Position numbers and translations under genes: made by a program
Source of the DNA: Nageia nagi
Lineage: Eukaryota > Plantae > Pinophyta
DNA: 64,000 nt
Reading direction: 5' to 3'
NCBI GenBank assembly: GCA_050084985.1
Contig: JBITNC010000001.1
Coordinates: forward strand, 97,836,001 to 97,900,000
The notes under the pieces: model-generated
Database searches by the model: none
What the model was told of the DNA's origin: nothing
Seen by the model: only the letters and a program-made list of their open reading frames with translations
Part shown: one piece after another, positions 15,777 through 27,182 of the stretch
How positions within the stretch are numbered: position 1 is the stretch's first letter
How the letters are laid out: each line of letters begins with the position of its first letter

Positions 15777-16059
15777 ATAATGTAAATGTAAAAATATCAA
15801 ATAAATATAGTACAATACGACTAGATTGGTCCCACTAAAAGTACAAGAGATACATCATTATGTTTGTATCATTATCATACTTATCATAGTATTTTCACAC
15901 AATTCAATGCTTATAATCATGTCAATTATTATAATCATATCATTGTTGTTTATTATTTGCAAGTGCAAAGAGAGCACCAAGTATGTCATTTTTTATAACT
16001 CGAAATGCACAGTAAGTTTTAAGTTCCTAGTGAATCATTATTATCGAAATGCACAAACA

Positions 16060-17029
16060 CTAAGTAGATACATCCATATACCCAATTCAAATTTTATGGA
16101 TATTTTGGTAGTATCTTATCAAGCAATTCTCATGCCTTGTGTATTCTTCCATATTTTGCATACATATAATCTATCAAGGCACTCACAACCACAATATTTA
16201 TTTACAAGTGCTCACCAAGTATCCTACAATCATTATTAACCATGAAACTATGTTTATGTCATGTATCTTAAGAAATATTTCTCGATCCTTTTATATTTTT
16301 CCATATTTTCGATACATATGATTTATTAAGGCACTCACAACCACAACATTCGATTTACAAGCACCAAGTAGATACATCCACACATCCAATTAAATTTTTA
16401 TAGGTATTTTGGTAGTATCTTGTCAAAAAAGTTTTAGGCCTTATGTATTCTTGCATATTTTGTATAAATACAATTTATCAAGGCACTCATAACTATAACA
16501 TTCAATTTACAAATACCAAGTAGATACATACATATACCCAATTCAAATTTTATGGATATTTTGGTAGTATCTTAACAAACAATTCTCATCCCACATTTTG
16601 CATACATGTGATCTATCAAGGCACTCATAACCACGAAATTCAATTACAAGTGCTCACCAAGTAGACACATCCACATATCCAATTCAAGTTTTATAATTCT
16701 ATTAGCAATATATTATCAAATCATTCTTGATCCTTGTGTATTCTTTCATATTTTGCATAAATATGATTTATTATAGCCCTCATAACCATAACATTCAATT
16801 TACAAGCACCAAGTACACACATCCACATACCTAATTCAAGTTTTATGGATATTTTGGTAGTATCTTATCAAACAATTATTTGGCCTTTCCTATTCTTCAA
16901 TATTTTGTATACACGTGATCTATCAGGGAATTAACAACCACAAAATTTAATTTACAATCACCAAGTAAATACATCCACACACCTAATTTAGGTTTTATGG
17001 GTTTATTGGTAGTATCTTGTCAAATAATT
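16060..17029. repeat. ~150-bp tandem satellite-like array (6-7 units), continuing after the LTR at 21613-22700
   Basis: AAGTAGATACATCCAC...TTTTATGGATATTTTGGTAGTATCTT recurs near 16082, 16366, 16518, 16659, 16810 and 16963. Related sequence occurs at 1-125, 12700-13400 and 21620-22700. Confidence 0.9.
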
Positions 17030-20000
17030 TATTACAACCCACCTCAAGACACCGTTTGACCTCGAGTACCATCAAGGATTTGAATGGATTATATTTGCAT
17101 AATATTATGGTAATGGCAAGTTTAATATGAGAAAATGTATCATTTGTGACAACTTGATGTTGGCTTCAATATGTTTTGACAAAAGTCACAAGGTGGAAAA
17201 GCAATCCAAAGACCTTAAGGACCAAAGGTGAATTCGTGATGGGAATGAAAGGATAAGAGGAGGAAATAATTGGTGTTGATTCGCTGACACACCCTATGAT
17301 TATTGTAAATCATGTAGTTGCATGTAAAATAAATATTTTGATTATCGATTGTTTGATGAAAATATGTTTGCAAAAATATGTGGATTAACCTTACTCTACA
17401 GGAAGAGATGACCGTTGCAGGTAAATTTGTGTTTTCCTTATTTTGTATTTTTGAAATTTGAATTTGAAATGGAGGGAAAATATATATATATACCTTAGTT
17501 AAATTTGAAATTTTATAGAAGGTTAGAAACATAAATTTAATGGGATAAAAGTTGAATATAAGAGCCCATATTATTGCCACATGGAGCTAATAGTAAAAAC
17601 ACTATTAGAAAAAAACTAAGGTCTCCTTGTGGTGTTATAAAATATTTATTGGATAGAAAAATAATAGAGTAATGATCCTACTTAGTTTTATTTTTTTATG
17701 TTAGGTATGGATAAGAGTTGGCACTAAATTGTCAATTAATAAAAAAGGTTCTAAGGTACTAAATGCCATTACAATCATTCATAACTTTAAGCAAACCTAC
17801 TCCAAAAATTATTAAAGTGCGAGAAGACATCCATTTGAACACACATGAACCCCTTTAGCTATAAATAAAGGAGTAGAGCATTAGAAAAATACCTATTTAT
17901 CTTTTGTTATTTCATTTTTGGTTATTCTCAAGCTTGGATTACGTGAAGAAAATAAGTCTCTCTTCCCTCTCCAAATCAAGGTGCATTCTTTACATTTCTA
18001 ATATGCCTAAGATAAAGTATTTCTATTTTGATGTATTTTATGAGTAGTATGAAAGTAATGTTTGATAAATTTCATGAAACTAATTGTTGATAGAAATCGT
18101 ATACCATTTGAAGAGACATAGTGGTTAGACATGTTGAATGTAAAGGTTAGTACCATGTCTTTTCTTTAAAAAGTAAAGGTATGGGACCTTATTAGCTTTG
18201 CTTTACTTAAATTTAGTGGTGGAAAATTCTTAATATAAATTGTATTATACATTTTGTGATATATTTTTTAAGAGACTAGTCAAATATTTTCCTCCTTATA
18301 TCTTCCCATGTGAGACTTGGTAATATTTTGAATCATTAATAAAGTATTCTCCCTTTTATGTTATTCATATAAAGAATTTTGATTTTATATGCATTTTTCA
18401 TATATGACTATTCGAGTATTCACCAATATTTGGTGTAAAACCTTTTCAATTACTATTTGAAATGCCAATATTTGTGTAAAACCTTTTCAATTACTATTTG
18501 AGAGATGGCCATATCTTCTCTTTGAGCCTCTACATGGATACAAGGATAAATTGTTGGCAAAAGAATTAGAATTGTTTTAAATACTTTTTGATGATTTTCC
18601 CAATTACTCCTCTTGCACTCCCTTGATGGCAGATGATGGCAGACGTTGGCATTCACAGACCTTAAAAACTAATCATTGTCTATAGATGGTTGTATATCCT
18701 TGTATGCAATCCATGAATCATTTTCCACACCTGAGCGCTGTGTTTCCTTCTTTGTTCAATCTATGCATCTATAAGAAAGTTCAGATTCTAAACTACTCTT
18801 TTGGAACGCCTTATCTTCTTCCATTGTGGTGCTTGCTGAAAATGAATGGGAAAGAACTTTGAGTAATACCCTTGCAGGGCTAACAAACACCTTTGTTCCT
18901 TGCTGACATTACATCATATCTCGGTAGAATGCTGATAAAGGTTTGCGAAATTGATATGTCACTAAACTCATTCCCGGATCCCATGAGATCTTCCTCCCCA
19001 TGCGCTTTCTAAGATACTTATAATCTCAGCAGATCAGAAATATTGCGTAAATAAAATTACGTACAGGTTGAATTAGTTTAACACTTCTATATTTCGTCCT
19101 TTATAGACAAACATTGTCGACACTCCTTTGATGTTTTATGAAGTCTGACAGTCGAAGGATTTGTTTGGAAACACCACCAAGTCTTTAATATGGAAACACT
19201 AATTTGAAGGCAGCTAATACTAAGGATACAAATTGTAATTTTAAAATTATATAATTTTTTTAATAGTGATCTAACAATGGATTTATATATAATTCTAGTA
19301 TTAAGTTGTAAGAGATTTATTTGTAGCATTGCGTTATATTTTTAGTATTGAATGTAAGAGATTTATTTCTAACATTGAATTTAAACAAATTTATATGAAT
19401 ATTTGTTAAAGATAATGAGTTTTTGAAAGAATGGTAGAAATAATTAAAATAGATAAAGAAACTTCAATTAAAACTTTAAAGGTGATTGTAATTTTTAACA
19501 AGTTCAGTTAGTGCTTATTGATTATAAGATGAAATGGTTATATTAAGGAATCGTTAGAATTTGTTTTGGCTTGATATTATGACATTGGTATAATGTTTAA
19601 GGTATGATGTTTAGCAAGATAATTCAAATGATACTAAATATATTCAAGGTCTTAATATGGAATGTGAAATAAATTATTTAATACTGAATTATGGATTAAT
19701 GACCAAGGAAAGGAGGTAATCCTAAATGGACCTAAAACCCTCTTGAGGTCTAGTGAATGAGTACATTACATATATAATGGTCAATTAAGAAAAGGATTAT
19801 CCTAATCCTTCTCCCTCCTAGTACTCGATTCATCCACCAAAGGTTCAAGAAGATGTTCGATGCTCAAAGATCGATGTTGATGTTCAATGTTCGTTGCTTA
19901 CAAATCGATGGATGTGTTCCAAGATAAAGAAAAACTTAATAAATAACATGTTATATTTCATTTGTATTATGAGATAATGATGAATTACCAACTCATTAAA

Positions 20001-21612
20001 TTGTATTAGTCTTATGATGTAATATACCTCATTTGTTTTATAGCTATAATATATTAAGGTCCTTTGTAATAAGTTTGAAAAAGCTTTGTCATTATCTTAG
20101 ATGTTGCTAAATGAAATCATGAGATATATTCCATCTTCTTATAATTGATAATTAACTTAGAAATGTTTAATAAGGATTATTTGGTATTTATCTCTTGTTA
20201 TTATACTGAATGATAAATGAAAAATAGACAATTTTGCTTCCTCTTTATGAACAACATTATGATTAATACATGTTTTGGTTAATACTTTGATGAATAGGAG
20301 TAGGGATTAATACTTGTTATTATATGATAAGTAGCGAAAATTGGTCTAAATAGACTCCTAAGAAGTATATGGATTAGGTTATTAATCCTGATAAATCCAA
20401 AATTATCTCAATAACTTACAATCAACTCCAAACTAGAGTTAAGGTTTCAAATGATAATTTGGGATATTTAGGGACCCTTGGATCAAATTGGATACAAATG
20501 GGACCCAATGGGATCATTTGAAATCCTTAGGGATGAATGTAATAATGTAAATAAAATGACGAAGAACATTTTCCAAATAAACTTACATTGTAAAATGATA
20601 AATTAAAAGAATATTCTTCGATGTAAGGACCACTTAGCATCGTATTACTTTTGTAGCAATAATAGCTAGACCTTTCCTCACAACTTACTACTTTACCTAT
20701 GCAAGAGAAATTTTAAAAGTAGATTTATATATGCGATACAATGTGTATGGGATAAATATGAATCATGTGACTTCTTGAGTAAGCCTATAACCAAAACTTC
20801 CAAAGTACACCTTGTAGACAAAGATGAATGGGGCTAAACCCTAGAACTTATCTTGTACCCTCTTCACTATTTGAAAATATTAATTTATGGTTAGTAGGTC
20901 ATGGGTGGTTCTTTTTTTCAACACACTTAATAATAAATTATACTAAATAACCACTCAAGGATATTGTTTAATATCTATGGCTCCCCAAGTTATGGGCATG
21001 AAGATGCTAAACCACATGGTGGACCTAATTGATAATTATGGGTAGGCTACTAACTCATATCCTCTGACAAGTGAGATGGAAATAGCAATAAAAAAAACTA
21101 CTATTACTAGGTGAAAGTAATTAGTAGTCATACCACTTACAATTAACGAATAGAGGTATGATGATTTTTCGATAGGCAATGCTACCCGTTCATATGGAAA
21201 CTTATTTAGGACAAGCTATCTACTGCTATTGGATAGAGATTTATCATCAAGTGATAATGCTAACTTAGTGGAAGTGTGACCTCTTGTGTGTTATGGACCT
21301 TAAGTAAAAAACCACTATGCTATGACCAAAAAGCCTATTGGACACTCAACATGGAATAAGAATGGTGAGGTTATCTTTGAGGCATCTTTTCAATAGGATG
21401 AGTGTTGAAGAGTAAACACTAAAAAATTTTATCAGGGTTGGTTACCTCAAGTTCTTGACCAATCTTTCCATGTGAGTGTTAACTAGCTAGAAACAATATT
21501 AAGCTCATGTGGGATTACCTAGTTCATTCCTAGAATATCAAGTGTTAAATAAATAGAACAATTAGGTCCCAAATTTAGGGTTTTGGTTGGTGAAAATAAG
21601 TGGTGTGTTACA
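17030..21612 (+). mobile_element. Long (~4.6 kb) solo-LTR-like insertion, TSD TAATT
   Basis: It splits one satellite unit, with TAATT at 17025-17029 and 21613-21617. Termini are TATTACAACCC and GGTGTGTTACA. A TATA-like CTATAAATAAAGG lies near 17859. Confidence 0.7.
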
Positions 21613-21844
21613 TAATTTTTGGGCCTTATGTGTTCTTTCATATTTTGCATATATATGATCTATCAAATCACTCACAACCATAACATTTGATTTAGAATCA
21701 ACAAGTAGAGACATCCACACACCCAATTTAGGTTTTATGGATATTTTGATAGTGAAGTTCAAAGCACCCTCATGATAGCATGCATAACCAAGAAGGTCAA
21801 CAATGCATGTATAATTATTCATCCCAAGAATAATGCAATAAGAG

Positions 21845-22345
21845 TGAGAGAATTGAACTATAACATGAACAACTCTAAACTCCAAGATCACATAAAAGCT
21901 CACAATACACATCTAACAAATTCACAAATAAGACAATTTCACAAAATGACATAAGATGTAAGTGGTTCCTCCAACTAGGAGTACATCCACTAACTAAATC
22001 TCACTTCATTCACAAACATGAATCTCTTACAAATCTCCTAATCTCAACTCCTAAGAATTATCCTATAGCATAACTCTACTCCATAATTGGTTCGTATTCA
22101 TAAAGAGGGAGCCTTCTATTTATAGGCCAAAATCCCTCTTTGGATCACCCTTTTATCCAATGTACAAAAGAATGACATGCACATCCTTTTACCCAAGGGC
22201 ATGCTCATGACATGGAGTGTAGAACAAGTTACATTATCATATTCACTTAAATACTTAAGGTATCAAATGATACCCTTAAGTATTAGTGAACTTATATAGA
22301 AGATTATTACATAACCTTTACAATAATGCATTATACATTCTAACA
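21845..22345 (-). mobile_element. Solo LTR (501 bp), TSD AAGAG/AAGAA
   Basis: TGAGAGAAT...ATTCTAACA termini. It interrupts a repeat unit whose uninterrupted version is at about 22565-22600. A reverse TATA box (CTATTTATAGG) lies near 22116. Confidence 0.75.
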
Positions 22346-22934
22346 AAGAATCCCTCATGTTGTAAGGGTTTATTATGCATTTTTTATTTTTTCTATCAGG
22401 GCATTCAAAACCACAATATTTAATTTACAAGCATCAAGTAGACACATGTACATTCTCAATTTAGGTTTTATGGGTACTTAACTTTTAGCGATGAAGTCCA
22501 AAGCTCCCTTAGGATTTTACATCTAAGAAGGTTAACAATGCATGTATAATGATTCATCCCAAAAATAATGCAATAAGATTCACTTATGGTGTAAGGGCTT
22601 ATTTTGTATTTTGCATACATATCTATCGGGCTATTCTAAACCACAACACTCAATTTACAAGAACCATGTAGACATGTCCAATTTAGGTTTAATGGGTATT
22701 TTAGCAATGAAGTTCAAAATAATGATCCCCATACAATACATGCACCAAGCAATCATCCTTATACAATGCATGCTCACCAAACAATGGTCCACATGCAATG
22801 CATGTAAAATGATTCATTTCATACCATATGATATACTTAGATCCTATCATTTATTAGTGCATTTATACCATTTGTATAAATATTTATTAACATCATTTGA
22901 AATCTTCATATCATTATTGCACAATAGGAAGATG

Positions 22935-23103
22935 AGGCAAGTTAGTTGACCCATAACATAAATGAATCTGATGACAAGTTAGGTGGAAGGTAATTTGATA
23001 ATGTTTGATAAGATTTTTTACAATAATCTTTCAAATATCATTAAAGCACTTTCTTCACTAAACTGGCCATTGAATTCATTCATGTTATGGGTCAACTATT
23101 GCC
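22935..23103. repeat. Imperfect ~170-bp hairpin (foldback)
   Basis: GGCAAGTTAGTTGACCCATAACATAAATGAAT pairs with ATTCATTCATGTTATGGGTCAACTATTGCC, and the inner arms also pair. Confidence 0.75.
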
Positions 23104-23327
23104 AAAAATTGATGCAAACCAAGTCAAGGGGAGTTGGAGGAATTAAATAAAGAGACAAAAAAATGGAAGATGAGTGAGACTCAGTTGGATCCAAGTAGTT
23201 TTCACCAAATTAGTTATAGTTCTTTTATTTTTTTAACCTATTTATGAAAAAAATATTTAAATTATAAACTTTTCATTCCAAAAGAATCATTCAATTGATT
23301 GAAAAGTTTTGAAATAAATAATAATAG

Positions 23328-23495
23328 TTAACTAGATTGGATATATTAAAGACATATATCTAAAAATGTTGAGAGGTATTAATCTCGAGGTGCCTATCTC
23401 CTTTTCTTGGAAAAGTGATTTCCAAGATAAAGGCCTCAAAATTGGTACCTCTTAGCATTTTTAGATATGTCTTTAAGATATCTAAGTTGATTGAA
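23328..23495. repeat. Imperfect inverted repeat / MITE-like foldback
   Basis: ATATATTAAAGACATATATCTAAAAATGTTGAGAGGTA pairs with TACCTCTTAGCATTTTTAGATATGTCTTTAAGATAT. Confidence 0.75.
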
Positions 23496-24666
23496 TATAA
23501 TTTAAAAATAAAAATTAAAAATTATTAAATGATATTTTAATTTTTTAAATGTATAAAAAATAACAATATTAAAATTTCATAATAAAAAATAAATTATTAA
23601 TAAATTCATACTTTACTAAAGAACATTTAAAATTATCATAATAACATGAAATCATTATTTTAATAAATAAACTCACAACTTAAAAAAGCAATTTTATATA
23701 AAATTAGAATATATATAATTAATAATAAAATTAACCCACATAAAAATATTTACAATTATAATATAGTTGGAGTTGGATAAATATTCAAAATGCATATAGT
23801 CAGCTACTTGTTTAAGGTTAGAAAAAAAAATTGGCTCTCCCAACCCTCTTTTCTCTCATTGTAGTGTTAGGTTTTGGAGTTTGATTTCGGTCAAGTATTG
23901 ATAAAATAGTTTTCTATTTCCTAATCATTTTGTAGATGACCAATCCCAAACTAGGAAAAAGAAAAAGTTGATTTTAGTATTGGCTAAAATTAAGCTTTTT
24001 CTAATTGGAAAAATCAATTTTATGATTGGTTAAAATTAAGTTTTTTTCTAAATGTAAAAGTTAATTTTAGAATTGGCTAAAATTAAGCTTTTTTAATTGT
24101 AAATTTTCTAAGTTTTAACAAGGCATTAAGTGGGGAATGGTTTAACCATAGGATGCTTGTTTTAGCATGTATAGTTAAGGTATTAATATATAAATATGTA
24201 ATTCCTTCATCAGATAGCTCAAGGTTTGTGTCTTCAATATAGATTAAAGAGAGTCTTCCAACCTTTAGGGTATTCAAGCTAGATTGGAGCACGGGCATGG
24301 AAAGAGGAACATTGTAGCAATATTGATTGTAAGTGGATCCCTTTGGTGAAAGAATTAAGTTGGAGAATTTATTATGAATAACCAAAATATTTTTTATTTA
24401 TTGATGTCTCTCAACTAGCATCAATTCATAGGAGATTCTTATTGTATGGATATACTTCTAGGTATAAAGAATTCAAAAGCTCATTTATGGAGCTTGAAGC
24501 TTGGTATAGAGCTTGTATGTAGTGGAGAAGTTATGGTAATATTTCCTTGTATTCAGAGAGGAGGTTGCAACTGTTGTGTTGCATGATTATTTCTTTCAAG
24601 GGTTTGTATTAGTAATAATACAATGATCAAAAACTCTTGGTGGATGTATCCCATATCGAGTGAACC

Positions 24667-27182
24667 TAAAATATTCCATACTAGGGTCAATTCAAAATCA
24701 TGCTAAATGGGATATCTAGAATAGCTAAAAAGCATCAAAATTTGGCTAGTAAATCATTCATGCACCAAAAATCCCTATCCAAGCATCCAAATACAAATGT
24801 ATACCCTCTAGGGGTAGAATTATAAATCCAAAATCCAATATTAGGATCTAGAATGACCCAATTTCCAATTTGAAATGCATAAACTTAATAATTAAGCATG
24901 CATAAATTAAATATCTAATCTCTTAAGATGGAATTCATTCATATAAATGCAATAATGCTTATGTAAGCTAAACATCTAGGCTAAATTGGCATAATAATAA
25001 AATATAGCATCCACAAACTCAAAATCTAGCCCTCTAGGGAAAGATCTCAAAAGATAACACAACAAATGAGCCATAAGATGTAATTATAATAATATTGAAA
25101 TGATAATTGAATTGAATGCCTTATCCTAGAGCAAAGAATGCCCTAACTGAAGATATTTGAGATATTATTATGAATAAAGGAAAAGCACCAAGGTTGTTCC
25201 ACATTAGTTGCAAGGCTTGTACTAGGACTTCCTCCTCCATGAATTCTGGGAAAGATAATAGGTTATCTAATAGTATTAATATAATCTAAGGTAATGCAAA
25301 CACCCCTAAATAGCTTATAGTAAGTACTTGGAGGTGCACTAACCCTCAAAGTAGCGATATGTAAAGCCTTAAAACCTCGCTAAGTTTCAACACCTTCCTT
25401 GTAGGTTTTTGTCCATAAGAGGTAATGGAAGGAGTCGAAACCTACAACATGAAGAAGAGAGAAAAAATTACAAATAAGCATATCCTCAAGTTAGCAATTA
25501 TTCTCCTTTTATAGACTCAATAAGACCCTCCTACCCTACACTAATCTTGGTATGCACAGGATCAAGTCATAGGATCCAAATTCACTCTTGGAGTAAGACA
25601 TCTCATCATGGATGCATTGGGATCCATAAAATCTCATCCAATGGTGTTGGTGTGCTCTCCTAAGTGCAATGTTTACCTATTTATGTCCTCTCTTCCCTTG
25701 TATCAATATCATTATCTTGAATTCATCATGCTCTACCCTAGGGATGTGTCTAACTTTAAGGGGAGAAATATTAGATTCGAGGATTACTAAATGCCTCGAG
25801 ATGCCAAATTACATTCATCAAGGCTAGAAATATGCAACATCTCATTTAACAAGACTAATATTACATTTAAATAAGTATTTACCTTTGTTATTTTAAATAC
25901 AATAATTATTTGTCATCTTTAAGTGGCTCATACAATTAATAAATAAAAATAACAATTAATGACCCATAGAGTCCAACATCCCATGTTGGAGAGCCTTTAA
26001 GTGGATAAATGTAATATCCTAAATGTATCATCACCCCTTTTTAGTACCATTACCCTTCGTCATAGGTTCTACATTTTTTATTCATATTTTGGGTTGTATA
26101 GAGCATCTAGTGCCAAACATTTTGATAGGTTATACAACATGGTTACATCAAGAAATGAGTGAGATATTGTATTTTGAATTTTGCCAGTCAAACCAATCTT
26201 CTACAATCATGCGAGTGCGAATTTACTATATTATCCCATTTAATGGGATTTCTCTATGCTACGTCCCTCTCCTAGGGATATGAGTTAGTAGTTAATTGTA
26301 TCTAGGAGTGATTTATGTAATTAGTAGTCATTATGTACCATTTAATAATAATGAATTATAATGATGTATTAGTGAGATCTTAGGATAGGATATTTATAGG
26401 CCCAAGGGACCAATTGTGTGCCCCAATATGGAACATCTCCCTCCTAGAGATAGTTAGGAGTGTCTATTAGCATTATAGATAATTATTGTGACTATGAGGA
26501 GTGATTATGTGGATCCCAAAGCCAATATATGCTCTAATGGATTAGATGCCTAGCCTTGCATGATCCCTAGGTGAGATCTAGATCTAAGATGAAGCTATAT
26601 AAAGGAGAAGCACATCATTATAAAGGGATATTCAACTTATTTATTCATATTATACTCATATCATGGCATGGAATCATCTATTGGGACTCTTTTTTGATGA
26701 AAACCTAGCAAGGGAAGGGTTTAGTGGGATGCAAACCTTACTAAATCTTGGCTAAGGATGGAAACCCTTAGTCTTATTTGAGTCTTCATCTCAGATCTGG
26801 GTATTGAGACCCAAGCATTGTGACATCATCCTTTATGTCATCTATTACATTATATTTGCTCCATTGATGCTATTTATTGAATAATAGTTCTTGGATCTCA
26901 TACTTTGGCATGTGCTTTGGATATTTTTGTGGTGCAATCTCATAGATCTTGCTCATCTCCTTGTTGATTAATTGGTTAATAATTTGGAATAAAGAATTAG
27001 TTTGGTATATTATAGTAAAAATATATAAAAATTCCCTAACTATTGCTTAAATTTCTAAAATATTTCCAAATTATCATAAAACCATAAAAATACTCCTAAA
27101 TCATTAAGAGAGCACCATGAGGGTGCATGTACCACCTCTTGGTGCCGGAGTGAGTGAGACACCCAAATTTGGGAATATTACA
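24667..27182. mobile_element. Solo-LTR-like insertion in LTR1
   Basis: Absent from LTR2 and LTR3. Termini TAAAATATTCC and GGAATATTACA form an imperfect IR. The TSD GAACC/TGACC is degenerate. Confidence 0.65.
26010..27014 (+). mobile_element. Solo LTR nested within the previous insertion
   Basis: TGTAATATCC...GGTATATTATA termini, TSD ATAAA/GTAAA, and TATA box CTATATAAAGG near 26595. Confidence 0.5.

Noticed and set aside
16060-17029. CRISPR-like periodic array
   Set aside because: Whole ~150-bp units repeat with no unique spacers, the context is eukaryotic and there are no cas genes.
23861-23866. GTAGTG as the right end of the CACTA element at 912
   Set aside because: It is formed by the TSD TGTAG plus the first TG of LTR1.
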